Notes under the pieces: generated by a model | Database searches by the model: none | What the model was told of the DNA's origin: nothing | Seen by the model: only the letters and a program-made list of their open reading frames with translations | Program-made: the position numbers and the translations under genes | Shown: one piece after another, positions 48,701 through 63,000 of the stretch | Layout of the letters: every line of letters begins with the position of its first letter | How positions within the stretch are numbered: the stretch's first letter is position 1 | Assembly: GCA_963924565.1 (NCBI GenBank) | Contig: OZ004609.1 | Span: 21,452,001-21,516,000, forward strand | Source: Ascidiella aspersa | Lineage: Eukaryota | Direction of reading: 5' to 3' | DNA: 64,000 nt

Positions 48701-51700
48701 TTATATGTTACCAGTTAAACAGAAGAAAAAAAGCTCTAGCTTGGTCGAAGAATGGCTCGTTTTGAAGCGACCATGTAAACTGGCCTAAATGGTGTCAAAA
48801 ATCTCGTCTTATCTTCCCTTCAATCGCGAGCTCGTTCCAGCTCAATATTTCACGCGATCGGTTATTTTTCGCACCCAAGCCTCGTTTTATTTCTTTTGAT
48901 ACCGACGAGGTTAGACTGTAAACATGACGGGAGAAGTTCGCGCCGAATAATACGATTTTCGGCGCATAACTCACGCCGTTGATTAAAAATCCCACGCCCG
49001 CGATCCGGGCGAGATAAAAGATTGCGATCGAAAGAAGCGCGACTCTCCTACAGAAACGTCTGGTTATATATGGACACGCAAGCTGTGTTTATAGGCGCAT
49101 TTGCGCACACGGCACAGTCCCATTTAAAGGCAACACTGCAATCCTATCGGTTTGTACTGACCAATAGGGCCATAACAACTGTCTTTTCGCCTTGTTTGAC
49201 AACATACGCAAAGGTCGTAATTTTTTGCGGAGGGTCGGAAATTGCGACAAATTCGGGACTTGAAGTGTCAGCCTCCGTCAGTGCTTGAGTCCAACTCGTA
49301 CCGATCGTTGACGATAATAGCGCATCGTCATAACGTTAGCAGCAGAGTCGACGGCAATTAAACACCTGGTGCGGGCGCGCTAAGCCGCACAGCTAACGAC
49401 GAAATTGGCGCGCGGCGTGGACAATTAGGCCGTTAAACGTTCGACGGGCTCGCGGAGAGGAGTGGATCGGCCTGAGTTTGAGGATGTTTTCCAGCTATAC
49501 CACGAAATCGTTTCCCGACAAATAAGAGCGCACGTGTCCCGGAGATGGAGCGCTCAGATTGCAACATGTAGCACAAAAATGCGTATATATCGTTTGCTTG
49601 TTGACGGAACTTCCCTCGGATAAGTTGAAAACATCTGCCGAGCTGCAGACGCGTGTCGACACTGACAATAGCAACAAGAAGGGTATACCATAGCAAGCAC
49701 GTCACAATACTCGTCACATCCAACAAAACAGGAACAAATATGGGCAACGTTTCACGAGCGCGTATGTTTAACGCATGACAGGAGCACATACAAAACACAC
49801 ACTCGATTTGGCTGCGCGCGGGGCAATACGGAAGAATACTGGTTACGAGGAAGACGCCACTACTGGTGAACCATCAGCGGTGCACAAGCGGGTATAAGGG
49901 GGCAGATCACTATCTCACTCACAGATGACAAGGGGCCTTAGTCATGCACGTCTGACGGTTTACCGCGACCCTACACCTTTCCTTCTTGGGTGGCATGCTT
50001 ACATAGTAACCTGAAGCGCTCGGTTTGCCAGCGCAACGCGAATTTGCGCCCGTCGGTGGCGAGCAAGAACAAACGACGAGGTCGAGTGGAAAGCGCGAAG
50101 ACGGAGATTTGGAGTCCTGATCCGAACCGGTGGCGACGCGATGATCCCGTGCATTAGCGAATAATCCATCAGCCGTCGGCGCGCTCGCCCGATGCAATCG
50201 CGATAAATCCCCAGCGCGTTATGCTCGCGCCGAAGATAACGCACTTGGCTGCCTCCATTGCTGTCGGCCGAATTTTCGAGGTGCGCACTTTCAGGCGAAC
50301 ATCTATTGTTTGCAGCGATGCGATTTCGAAGGGGACCATTTGACTAGTCTGCTTTCGAACAAAGTTTTTCGCAAATTTAAAAACTGATAGGGACTGAAAA
50401 CGACGGACTGCCAAAGATTTCGTGACTTAATATACGCATGGATTTAAATTACTTGCTAAACGCAAACACATTTCTTGATAACATCGGGTTAAACGTCGGA
50501 TTCAAGTATGACGAATGTGATCATCAATTCCCATTAGCGCGAGCCCATGTAATTTTGATAGACGTTGTCGAATTGTGTTTATTGCCCTTATCTCAGCACT
50601 TATCTCAACGAGTACCCCTTGGGCGTTGCCAGCAAGCCACGCACAGGTTGATGGCCGGTTGCCTTGGCGTTTATACGATTTCATGTAAACTGGCCTAATG
50701 ATGTCTCGGCTAAATATCAACGCGGCTACAGCGGTAAGCTTGTGTCGGCTGATGATGGTCGCAGGCGTGTTGGCATAATACCGTAAGACCTGTTGACGAC
50801 ACAAGCGCAAGTCCATTGTGCAAAGCTTCGATAAAGAGAAAGTGTAGTCCCGTCTCGATGGCGACAGTGCATCGCTGCCTTTGTTGGCGGTAACTCCGCC
50901 GTGAGAAGAGGCAAAAGGTCGACTACTTCACCGTTGAGTGAACTTGCATCGGCATTTTTCGAATAACGTCCAGCGCGCGATTATCAGCCTTTCCAGGAAG
51001 GGTTTGAATGATGACACCCGTCTGCGGCGCGGGCTTAGCGAATTAGCGAGGTGCCGTTTCAACGACTGTTTGGCGCGATTACCGCTTCACTTAGCACAGC
51101 GGCCGGCGCGCCACGGCACACATAAAACGCCGCGCACGCCAAGCATGCAAAAGCGTAATTTGTCACGATTGTATCACCGGCAGCTAACTTTCCCCGGCAA
51201 CTAAACGCGCACCTCTAGAAACCAGTAAAATGCACGCTTTTAATTGATTGCGTCGTCGGTGTAAAAATAATTTCCATTGCAGTTTGTTTTTATCCGCTTT
51301 CCGATCGTGAGAAAGTGCAATTTCCATTTTTTTACGCTTATTAGCGCAGGCCGCGGGTGGCTTGCACCGTGAGCGCTATCTGGAGTAATTTCGCCACGTC
51401 AATGCGGCAATTACTGAACTCAACTACCAGTTCTGCCTTCGCAAATGAGCGACACATTTGTTGGCGAACCACTGATTTTGGATTCAGATTAAGTCAGCAG
51501 TAAATTAGGTTTTGAGTTCGTTCACTTTTTCGCTGGCATTGCGTCAACTCATATAGCGCTCGTGAATGGCACGTATTGAACGCCAGGTTCGCTAAGTTTT
51601 AATGGAAAATCCACACACCTCGATTTCCCGACAGGCTTCGACGAACTTGCCGAGGTTCCTTTCGACTTCTTCCTTGCGCTTTTTCATGGCCGCCGCTTGG

Positions 51701-54700
51701 TTTTCAAGGTCAACCTGTAAAAGACGACTTTATTAATGTAAGTGGAGATGTGTGAAAGTCAAAAAAATGGGCCTCGCTAAATCAGACTTTTACAGGCTTT
51801 TCTATAAACACAAATGTAAAAAATAGCGAATTGTCTTCTCCCTTAAATTGAAATCGCCAAACAAAAAATTGAGAGAGGGAAGTTTACCAAATAAACGTGC
51901 GTTAAGGTATACACCCAGAGGTCAAACGGTCATTCGAGTACAAATGCAACAGTTTGTTATGATGCAACAAACGTACGAGCGTCATCGTTTGTTTTCGTCA
52001 AAGCATACTACAAGCCTGGGACAGGACGAGTGACGGAAGACGTGTGTGTACATACCACATACGAAACGGCCAGCCTTTACGAAACAAAAAGGTAACAACG
52101 CAGACACTTCAAAAGCACCAGATCCCATATACGGGTAAAACGGAAGCCTATTGATTTTAAACGTTTACATCAATCGTCTCAGGGTTGGAAAAATCGTAAG
52201 AGCTGTTTAAAAAGGAGCCTTGTATACTTTTAGAAGTGGTCGTGTAAACTTGGAGAGCACTCAAATCAAATACGTTGAACAACACTCAAATCAAAACTAT
52301 AACTTTTCTAGTGGAGAAGTGCGCAGCAATTTTCTTGAGACGCCGCTTCGCATTTTTGGTTACAGCCGGGGGCTAAACGATGGAATAAATTCATAGCTGA
52401 ATGTGTACTTAATATTTTGCTTAAACAAATTCTATCACATTCCAAAAGGATTAGCGGGTTGTGTTCCTTCTTTTTGCATACTGATCTTATTGTTTTGCAA
52501 AAATTGCTTTTGCTCCACACTCGTACTTTAAGCCCTACCTTTGTTAATCTACAGTACACTAACAAGACATATTTCAAATCGTAATCTCACAGCGGTATAG
52601 TTGACTTTGATGCGAAATCGCGGTTCGTTTCGCTTGGCCGAGCTGACAACGCAGATGCAAACTGCACCTCAGCTAATTAGGAAAGATTCGCTGGCGGGAC
52701 CACCATCGCGGTTTCACGCGTTCTTGCAGCTAAAACCCCATATAGGTTAATTGCCGAACAGGTTATTTACTTCCCTTATCTTTAGGGATAATCGATACAT
52801 CGTGACAAAGTTAAGCATCTCTACTAGGATCGCGGTTGTCTTAGTTGCCATTTAATAACGACAGGAGAAACATTTCGCTGGCGTTGAAACGTTGCCTTGC
52901 CAAAGGGCGTCGGCTATGTTTGTTGCCGCGTGAAACGCGCGTTGCCTACCCACGTGCGATATCAATATATCATCGTATGACAATGGACATATTGCGACGA
53001 AAATAGAGCGAATATTGGGTCTAATACTGGGTTTCGGACCTCAATTCAGGCGCGTATGTGCCTTTGTTAAGCCGACGCATGCTAAGTGCGCTATACTGGT
53101 ACAGGGGGTGGGAGCGTTGAGTCTGCCTTGTGTCAGGGCACGCGATGCGGTCGGGTGTCTTTCACCGTTAGCGCTCAAACGCGAAAGGAAACATTGTCTG
53201 GCAGTTTAATAGGGGCTATTAATTTAACGCTTCTCAAAGCCGAGAGGCATTAGGAAATTCCGCGAGACGCTATGATGTACTTGCGTATTTATGAGTTAAG
53301 CCTCAGCAACACATATAATTCAGCAACAATGTTCTATTACAATACATTCTATGTCGATAAAACCATATCTCATACAACCAATTTTCCGTGAACGTTTCAA
53401 CAAGTAGACAGGCAGAAAATATAAAATTTATCAGTTTCAATCTACCATCACAATGGAAGACGACGTGGATTATAGACTGATAAATTTGTAGTACTTATTT
53501 GGTTTTTCATATTGATTGTGCTGCCAGCCTGTAGCAGTAAAAATTCCGAATACAGCCTAAACAAACGAACCGGCGTTCGCAAACACTAGGAACCGTTACT
53601 GTTGCCACGTAGGCTTTTCTAGGAAAGACGCAACTAAACCGATTTCAGAGGAATCTTATAAGAAAGACTCGCGGGGATTTGCGACTCACCTTGGCTTGCT
53701 GGCTCCAGTCGGCGATGTTTTGAACGTTATGACTGCCGTGCTCCGGATCAAGGCTGCATATCTTGCACAGTGTTCGATCGCAGTTGACGCAATACAGGTC
53801 TGCGGTCTCCTGAAATCGTACCGTGGACGACAGTGTTACCAACAAATGTACCAAGTAACCAAGTGGCAACGGTAGCTCTAAAACAGTCGTCTAATTCACA
53901 ATATGGTGGAATAAGAAAAGATGACGGTAAAAAAATTGAACCGTGCGCTTAAGTTGCACGGAAACAGGCATTTTCCACATTTTACTTTGGCTAAAAGGGA
54001 GCTATAGAACAGTGTTTCTCAACTTATTGATTGCCATTTGATTTGGTTAGGTCACCAACAAGTAGTTTTATGTGGTTGGACTTATTAAAAGTGGTTCTCA
54101 GTAAGATTTTTTCAAAATTTACAAAAATTGCGGAAACTATACGAACACGTGACCCATATTTATAAAAACAATATTTTAATCATGCTACTGTATTATTTCT
54201 CTGTTCACTTCAAGCTTGCAAAAAATTAGTGAAGATAATCGCGTTTCGCTGTTATTCACGCTTCGCTGTTATACGCTTAGCATTTGGGTCGCCGTGAAAA
54301 CAGATTGAGAAACACTGCTTTAGAAGGACGATTTTTTCGAGTCTCCCGAATCGCGAGTACGTGTGGAAATTAAGGCGTAAGTGGGAGAGGCTAGTATCAA
54401 AGACTTTTAAACCGCGAGACAAATCGGCGTCGTGGGCGACGGACCCGTTGCCTCGCGCTGGTCGTCTAAACAAGGCGTAGGCTTGAATGTAATCAATGAA
54501 TGTCTTATGGAATCTCCCAAGTTCATGCGGTATTAAATATATATATGCAGCAATGCTGCTTGGAGCAACACGTGTTTATTTGATGATAAGTGCGCGAGAC
54601 TCAGCGTAAATCTTTGCGTACATTTCTTGGCGCCACCCCTGCTTATAGAATTTGCTTTCGTAGCTGACAAAATATTTACCTTGGTTTACTGTCACAGCTA

Positions 54701-57700
54701 TTAACGGGGACACATCGTGTTTTGAACTCCAACATGCATACAATTTATTTTGTCAAATATACTCCTTAAGGGGTGGCTCACATGGTTACTGAATTGGTTT
54801 ACCAATGTCTGTGCATAATCACAAATTAATTGATCTTCCAAGGCATAGTTTGGTGGTCAAAACAATATTGGCGTCTAGATGTCTGGAGTTATACGATTAT
54901 ACCGTATCATGATTGGATTAATACTAAGCTAAGCATGATTTAGTCAGCCAAATGAACAATACTATAAAGTGCATGCGATAGATTTGTTCCCTCTACGAAA
55001 AAAATCTTAATAGCAAAAAGCAGCTGGTTAAAAATCAACGTTTCCCCGTTTAGACAAAGTCCAACAACCACTGATATCATTCGCACTTACCTGTGAATGA
55101 TTGTAGCAGGACGGATGGCTCCGCCTAGCCGCCACCATCTTGTTGGTGCTGGGGGCGCTCAGGGTACCGGCGCTCCCAGGCGTTGCCGGAACGAGCTTGT
55201 GATTGACAAAGGGCTTCTTGCGAGGGTGGGTGACGCGCAGGCAGCGCTCGCAATAGTAGGCGCGACAGGTCAGGCACGTCTTTACTGCGACCCGGGGCGG
55301 CTCCATGTCGCAGAACTGGCAGAAGACGGCCTCTTCCTCAAGCAGGTGGTGGTGTCTGGGCGCGTTGCTGGTCGTGTTGGACAGATGGACGTAGTCCTTC
55401 CCCGCGGCGCCGTGGCCATGGTCTTGCCCCTCCACTCCGGGTCGGGAGCGTCGATGGCTGCGACTGGGGCCGAGGCTGCCGTCGCTTTGCGTCGACAGAT
55501 TTGAAGCGCTGAAATGGAAGGAAAGAGTCAGTCGCTGCCGCACAACCACGTACATGAGCAAAGCAGTTGCCATAAATCGATTCAATGAAGCGGCGTTCGG
55601 TTAACTTCAATCGCTAACTAAAAACACAGTGATTTGAGTTAAGTTAATAAATTATAATTATAAGGTAATTTACAAATGTTGGCATTTATTACTGTGGAAT
55701 TATTTTAAGTGTAGCGTTTTCACCCTTTGTACTGTTCAGCAATTTATTGGCATTTATTGTTAGTTGTTAACAACGTTTAAATATGAAAGCACGCTAAAAC
55801 GTTTCAGCATCTTTTACATTTTTTAAACTGAATTCCTCCCGGTTGAATGAAATTGCAGCTGTATAGTCTATTGCGTGTATTAGTCCACGTAGCACTAGTT
55901 GTTTTCCTGGGTGTGACACAAAGCATTCCTCGGAACAACGAGCGAGCACTAAAGATGACGAAGCTCTCAAACGGCAAGCTGTCTGATGAGAGACGGGCTA
56001 AATCCCTTTCGCGCTCCATTGGCATGTTGCTATAGCGTTGGCGGGTCAACATGACACACAAAATCACGCCCAGCGCCCCGGTCTTTGTCGCCGAAATGCG
56101 GAACCGTAAGATATTTTGCTTCGCTCAACCGGTGAGTTTTGACCATAAACATTGGCCTCCCATATGAGATTGTGCGAGTTGATAAAGTCATCGTTGAGAG
56201 GCGCGTGACAATAGCGCGGCGGCCAATTTGCCTTTGTAGTCGCGGCCACGGCCGTCGCCATGAACACTGTTTCCGTACACGCGCAGTTGCGCGCGCACAA
56301 AGGCCCGTTCTCGCTCGGCGATGCGCAGCATTCCGGCGGTTTTGTGTTTTTCGATGTTGCAAGTGATCCGAGCCCAAAATACGGCAGATCGTTTTTTGTT
56401 TAGGAAGTTTAAGTTGTACCGTTGCGTCGTTCCATCTTTGTAAGTCGAGGGCCCAGCGCAGCGCACGCGTTAAGTGGCTTTAATACCTGCCTGGATCGCG
56501 AGGCTGACGGGTTCGAAAACGATTTTGTCTAATGGAGGAGCTTTAAACAGCTTAGGATTTCGGCCAGCCTCGGATAACGAAAACACAAATGCTTTTATTA
56601 ACACTTCGCTTGTCACAAGAGGAGGCCTTATTTTGTAAAGTCTGCGCGTAGATCAAGTACCACATAACTGGTTGGTGTGGATTAAAAACGTTCTAATTGA
56701 AACCTTCATAAATATACGCTTTTTAAAATAAAACGCTTTTGCATTTAAAAACTTAACCCGGGGTTTATAATCTTCTAAGAATGAGCGAGTTTGGTAGATA
56801 ATATGGCCGATTATGATATATATAGCTTCTCTAAAGAATACGAACAACACATAGGAATGAAAGTTTTATGTGAGATAGTTTAGGCATTTTCTGCCGCCGA
56901 ACCTTTGTTTACGAATTTCTCCCGCACAAAGCGATATCAGATGCCGAAGGAAAATGGATCGCTTGCTTATCGTCTGCATCTATCAAAATTTTGCCAGCGG
57001 CGGCCATCGCTCGTTCGCGAAAGAGAGGCGCGCATTTTTGACGAGTTTTCTCATCTTAAAGGGGCGAGCTGTCGAGAGATCGTAAGGTGGCAGCCCATAA
57101 ACGTGTAAATTTGTTTGCGGTGCCTGCAAATTGGTTTAACGCCGTCGGCCAGTGGCAGACACGCACATACCCCCCTAACTGTTTTTTTAGGGAAAACGAT
57201 AGCCCTGTGTAACCTTGCTTGAGAACGCTTAACCCGTGGGAGCCTAACTGGACCCTCGCCCCGTTTTCTTGGTGACTGACAAGCCATGACGAGGGTGAAA
57301 CCGATCGAAGCTGATGGTGTGTGGTGGCTATTTGGTATCGAGAACTATGCTAAGCTGTTTGGATTAGAAACGAACAAAACACCGCCCAGTGCACCAGCGG
57401 CAATCCTATAAATGATGAATAACGACACATTGTTTTAAGTTATAATAAAACGCAGTTTCTTAAATTTTATAACTTAATTGTAAACCATCCACAAAATTAA
57501 AATGGAAAATATATCAACTCGCGCTTTGGCAAATAAACGTCGACATTTAATGATGGCGTACACAATCCAATAAGACTGAACTGAACCCAAAGTACTTTTA
57601 TAAATGTAATAGGTTAAGAAAGAATGCAAAAAATAGACATAACGTGTCGAAATCTACAAAAATATTTCACCGACCGTCTAAACAACTACCTCAGCAAATA

Positions 57701-58924
57701 ACGAAAACACCCACCTCGACTCTTCCCCGCTGCTGTCCCCGAATTCACTGCCCGCTCCAACGACCCGCGGCACGGAAGATACGGCGGCCCGTCTGTATCC
57801 GTCCACTATGTTCTGCAGTGTGAGGTTGCGTCGCAGCGCAGCGATGCCTCGGTCATCAAGGGCGACAATCTCGCGACAGGTTGGACAGTGGAAGACCGCA
57901 CGACTTCCCGGCGACTCGGTAGGCCCGGCGCTTCCATGGGTGGCGAAGAACTGGTCGACGCAGGCGAAGCACAGGTTGTGTGCGCAGGGCAGGAGCACCG
58001 GCTCGTGGAAGAGATCCAGGCAGATCGGGCAGGTGAGCTCATTCTCCAGCGAGTCCATGCTTTGGGCACGCTGTGGCGCCGAACAGTCGGACTTGATCGA
58101 TGAATTCGGCTCGCTGGTGCCCTGATGCTGTCGGATGTTGTCGTCGTCGTCGTAATAATCCGCTCGCTCTGAGCTCCGGTGCGTCACGTCCGTGACGGTC
58201 AGCTCAGGGGTGCCGGCCTGGATGCGGCTGTTGATGCTGTCGCGCGACATGTTGCTGCCTACCAAAGTGACGGCGTTTGAATGGAAAGTGAGTCGGCTGC
58301 TGCCTGTACCGCTGCTGCAGCAACTAGCCCTTCTGCTGCTATCCGCACTGCTCCCGCTCAAGCCGATGCCGCTCGACGAGGCGCCTCCTCCACCTTCACG
58401 CCCGCTCTCGTCGGCCGACGAACTCTGGCAACTCTGACTGCTACCGCGGCTCAGGCTACGCGGCAAAGGGCTGGGCGTGTTGGTAAAGCGCGAGACGGGC
58501 GACAGGGCCCTTGGATATCGGTCGCAGCTACGGCTACGGTCGTTGCCGCGTCGCGTGCTCTCCATGTCGAGGTCCCGCTCCTCCGGGATCGTGAATCGCT
58601 CGTAGTCGTGGCGTGCCGGCGAGTAGTCGAGCCGCCGAACATAGGACTGCGGCTGATCGCGGGTATCGGTGTAGACGTACTGTTGTTGCTGTAACTGCTG
58701 TTGCTGCTGCATTTGCTGCTGTTGGATACTTGGCGAGATCTGATCTCTGATGCTCATGTGAGCCGTGTGTTGATAGTAGGTACACTGCTTGAGCAAGGAA
58801 AGCCGCTGCGCCTGAAAGGAGTCGGTGTTGTGGGGCAGCGTGTGATGACGAGCGCTGCTGCTGCCGACACCGATTGCCTGTTGGCTACTAACGGCGCTCA
58901 CGGGCTCTGGGGTCCTGGACAAAG
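36797..58924 (-). CDS. MID1/2: MID1/MID2-like class I TRIM E3 ubiquitin ligase (RING, B-box1, B-box2, coiled coil, COS, FN3, PRY/SPRY)
   Basis: Exons (minus): 58924-57715, 55508-55091, 53809-53690, 51714-51619, 48409-48302, 45797-45669, 43698-43676, 43413-43289, 38963-38800, 38277-38145, 37881-37706, 37403-37300, 37064-36797; all phases are compatible. [34 protein letters not shown]...CPTCR...[12 protein letters not shown]; B-box1 [14 protein letters not shown]...[15 protein letters not shown]; coiled coil [13 protein letters not shown]; [17 protein letters not shown]; FN3 WMIVPNIK; SPRY GRHYWEV...LTINTG..VPDHL. All closely follow vertebrate MID1 as I recall it. The first exon lies upstream (see next two features). 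Confidence 0.93.
47162..47220 (+). repeat. Short local tandem duplication
   Basis: GCACAAACAGAAAACTTTACACG occurs twice, with a partial AAACTTTACAC between the copies. Confidence 0.8.
48603..48785. mobile_element. Possible PIF/Harbinger-type MITE remnant
   Basis: GGTGAGATTACATGG ... CCATGTAAACTGGCC flanked by TTA/TAA. The same right end (CATGTAAACTGGCCTAA) recurs at about 50682-50698. Confidence 0.35.
54010..54317. mobile_element. hAT MITE in a MID1/2 intron
   Basis: TIRs CAGTGTTTCTCAA / TTGAGAAACACTG; TSD CTATAGAA/CTTTAGAA (7/8). Confidence 0.85.
58679..58723 (-). repeat. Interrupted CAG/CAA poly-Gln tract in the TRIM N-terminal extension
   Basis: Encodes [15 protein letters not shown]. 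Confidence 0.85.
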
Positions 58925-60016
58925 CTGCAAACCGTAAAAAGACGAAATTGAAATTTCAAGTATTAAAATCAGATTGCCTATAAATTAAATCCAAATAACA
59001 AAGATGCAATGCATATCGATTTGAACCAACCAAAACCGAGCAAACACCTAATTTGCTGTAATTATTGTATGTGGGCCACGGGATTTGTAACTAAGCAATG
59101 TCTAGATTTATACCCGACTTGTTTTAGGGTTAACATGGTGCAAGTGACTCGCCCTGCTAATTCAGCGTGTAGATGTAAAGACGCCAGATAAATCCCGAAC
59201 GCGGATGCGGTTTCTTTGTTGCTCTGAGTTCGGTAAACGTCAGGCTAGATATCGCGAAACGATATTAAACGTCACGGCGAGGTCAACTGCGGCAACACGC
59301 CGCTCTAGACGTCTCGCGTGTCGAACGGCGCACTTGTCACGGAATCGCGATCGCCTACAAAAGAATTCGAGCGAGCGAGAGTGAATAATTAAAAACTTGT
59401 TGACGGCTTCTCGTCAGATTAGGACAATTACACGCCGCGAATGTGTCCGACCGCAGAAGCACAGTGGAGCTTGTTGATACGACAAAGGAACTAAATCGCG
59501 GTTGTTGTTCGCGTTTTGAATCGAGACACGCCGTCGATTGCGAAATATACGGTATTTACATTTGTTTTAACATTTAGCGCCGTTGGCTACTTTTTATGGC
59601 CTCTTACCAATCAGTGGCTTCCAACTGTTCATACATTGCACGGTAACACTGTGAAATTTGGATTGGTTTAGAAACTAGGTACCAGTCCTTTCATCTGCTA
59701 CGGGGTTTTGCCCTTTCATCGCAAACCTTTTTATCTCTTCTGCACGGCAAGCGAGGCGCGGCGTTAGAGCAGCCACATCGCCGTGGCCAGCGAAGCGTAA
59801 ATGACTTTGGCATTAGACTTTACCGAAGGAAACCGAACGCAATTTGCAGTCAACTTTCGACAGGCAACAAAGCACACAAACAAAAATTAGCGTGTTGACG
59901 ACCGACACAGAGACCGCGCATTCCTCTTCGGCTTTTACTCTCCGCTTGCTTACCGGTCGCAAGTGTATTTGCTAAAAATAGAGAACATCCAATGAGATTT
60001 GTGCACTGTTGCTTAC

Positions 60017-60020
60017 CCAT
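60017..60020 (-). CDS. Second candidate first coding exon of the MID1/2-like gene (ATG G| only)
   Basis: gaagcaATGG|gtaagc: good initiation context, strong donor, and phase 1 matching the acceptor at 58924 (gives MALSRTPEP...). Confidence 0.35.
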
Positions 60021-63000
60021 TGCTTCGTGTGTAAAGACTGGAGTGAAACAGTCTTCTTTAGATCGCTGCGTGCTTGCTTGCAGAAGTATTTTATTTCACG
60101 AATTTACACAACGCTATGTGTATACTTTCACCTAAACGACAGGCAAAATGATTTTATTGGCGATCCCAAAAACGCATAGTGTTTATTTAGGCACTCGCAA
60201 TTGCTCTACTTTCTCTCCTTAAAACAGGCTTAAACTGCTGTGTTCCTGTTTTAGCTCCTTTGAGTTTAAGTTAACTGTTTGGCTTGCTCATAACCACTTT
60301 AACTAGTTAGATCAAACAGAATGGCTAAGGCAAAAGTTAACGCCCAAAGCACTGCACCTGTTCAGCCTTTGAAAATGTTACACAGTAACGCCGATGCTTA
60401 CAGCATACAAACAGATCGGTTTATATCTTGGCGATCGATCAATGGAAAATAGTCACCATATGTCCACAGCGGGCGTGTTTTATATTGAGATTAAAATATT
60501 AAAAAAAATATTTCGACATGGTTTGGCCTACACTCAATCTGTCCTTTAACATTGATTCTTAGTGTAAACTTTCCTGTTTCGAATAAAGAAGTTGTATAAT
60601 TAAAGTTTGATAACATCTGGGTATGAACATTCTGAAATCCTAAACAAGCCTAGTAAATAAACATTTTCGTATGTACGGAACAACAACCCTTCAGTATGTA
60701 CTCAACAATCTTCTAGTCTCAGCAATGAACCTGGTAAAGCTGTTTTTCAACAATGAACCTGGTATGCCTTTCGCAGTGAATGGCCCGTTCTCCTTTGATG
60801 AGCCTGTTGTTCTGACAACTTCACCCTTGTGCCGCGTATATCAACGAAAAAACATGCTCGAAGCGAATCTATTTTAGTGCTTATCTTTCAACCGACCACG
60901 CGATGCCAAAAACAATCTACTACTAAAACCTGCAGTTGGTTCTTGCCATTCAGAAGCAGAGAACGCGCCCTACTGGGCAAACGGTCCGGCCCAGGCGGAC
61001 CCACTACTCCTTTGCCGTGTTTACACCAGACAGAGAGGAATCACAGTGGGCGACAAAAGATTTTCCCCCTGGCCGATGACAGGCTGACTCACCGTCTCAC
61101 CTGTCTCGACTTGGCCTTTTTTTCTCGCGTCTCAGCAACCTGCTGTTGCTGCTGATTCGAAGGCTGCGTGTTTTCGGGCAAAATCGCTCCCAATACGCGC
61201 ACCGCGCAAAGCGCCGATCTCGTCTGATGGGGCCCCGGGTAAGTCAGCACGCTTCCCTTCTCTTTACGACCGTTTTTGGAGAACGGCTTCGAGCGGGTTC
61301 CTCTCCGCCGAACGGGATCCGATAATTGCCGGTTTGCCACTGGCGCTTTATCGCCACGCCGGGCGATCGTGCCACATTGCATCCTTTATTACATAGGTTT
61401 TTTGGCTCGTTAATAAACGTCCAATTTCCGCTGTTTTTGAAAATATTGCGACTGTCGCAGATCAAACAAAGCTGATTTTTCACATTTCGAAGTAGTTAAA
61501 CAACCTCGAGCATCGTTGACTTATAAATATATAAAAAATGATTAAATATATCATGTCTCAACTTCTAATTAATCTTGCAACGTAATATTTACAGTGCAAC
61601 TTTTTGATAATAATAAAAGACAAAAAGAATAGTTTAAGAACCATCGTATGTTCAATAATACTTGCAACACTACATCCAGTCTAAATGAACGTAGGTAATC
61701 GTCAAACTCAGAGGTGTTATTACGACCCTTCTTAAGATATAAAAATTAATAATTAACTTATTGGCAGATGTTCAAACATCGCGGGAACTCGCTGTTCAGT
61801 AACGGGTGGATGGTAGTGAACTTTTGTGTAGTAGTGTTAAAGTGCATAAGAATCAGCAAGGGCAATTTACTCACGTTTTAGTGTGCTTACCTAATGCTCA
61901 TTAAATATGCTCAATTCACACACACTTTTGAAGTCACGGGCACGAAAATAAACGTGACTGGGCCCGAATTTTGTGGTTTTGATCTTACCTCGGTCTAGTA
62001 TGGCCAAAAGGAATAAGATTACGTACATAACAGACGTATAAACACATTGGTAGGTTTGATTGATTCATGAGGGCTTGTTCGAATAGAGGGTGGGGCCGTA
62101 ACGTCACAATTACGAGAGTCATTGTTCCCAGGGGTCAAATAAACGGTAGTTTGCCTCGCAGGAAACACGATGAAGCAGGTGTGCTGACATTAACGGACGG
62201 TACACCGTCCAAGGCAAAAATAAAACACTGTTACGTAGCTTTGTGACGCGCTTCCAATTTCCAATGCGACACTTATCCCGGATCGAGTTTAATAGAAAAT
62301 TTTACCTGTTGGGAAGTTTAATCACGCTAAAGATAACGAGTTAAAACGACCCATTACTTACACAGGATATTACATTTACGTTCAGTAGTTTGGTGTTCGT
62401 TTTACTTGCTAAATATTGAAATTTTTATTTGACTTAAATAAATAATAAAATATTCTCCAGTTAAATATTATTCTACTCAAATAGGCATCAGAACGTTATA
62501 CCTAGTTTTATAACTTATTCTTCATTTACTTGGATTTAGAGTTCAAAAAATAACTATAGGACATATGTTAAGTAACAATTATACTTAATCATTTTTTGTA
62601 AGAAGCTTACAAAACTGCTAGTCGATAAATGACAAAACGCAAACTGTATACTTACTGATGGGTAGACTTTGTCTTCTGCCAAGATTTGGCTGTTGGCCAA
62701 CGGTGACGTAAAACTTATTCATTTGAGGGTATGTGAAGTTAACTATAACTAACAAAAAACTGAAAATACAAATGAAATGTAAATGCTTTTGGATTTGTCG
62801 TATCTCCATGCATGGTGAGAATAGCAAATTTTGACACATTGCTTCATACTGTACAAATTGTATTTACGGATTACATTCGGTACTTGAAGCTAACATTATA
62901 TAACATATAATGTTTGTGGTTATAAACCGACATTTCACTATCAAAGCTGTTTTCATTTACTGAATATGGTTTCTCCCAACCTGAATCATAAACGCAATTA

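Noticed and set aside
57806-58937. Overlapping antisense and alternate-frame ORFs over the large TRIM exon (also over the Smad exons)
   Set aside because: These are shadows of GC-rich coding sequence with no recognisable domains or splice structure.
39000-60000. Repeated GGAATG/CATTCC (TEAD-like) motifs in the TRIM introns
   Set aside because: About a dozen were seen, which is close to chance expectation for a 6-mer on both strands over this length.
61089-61382. 97-aa minus-strand ORF with a QQQQQ run and two gtgag donors, as a TRIM coding exon
   Set aside because: The donors are phase 0 and 2 in the open frame, and the phase-1 frames contain stops, so it cannot join the 58924 acceptor in frame. 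At most it is a non-coding or uORF exon.
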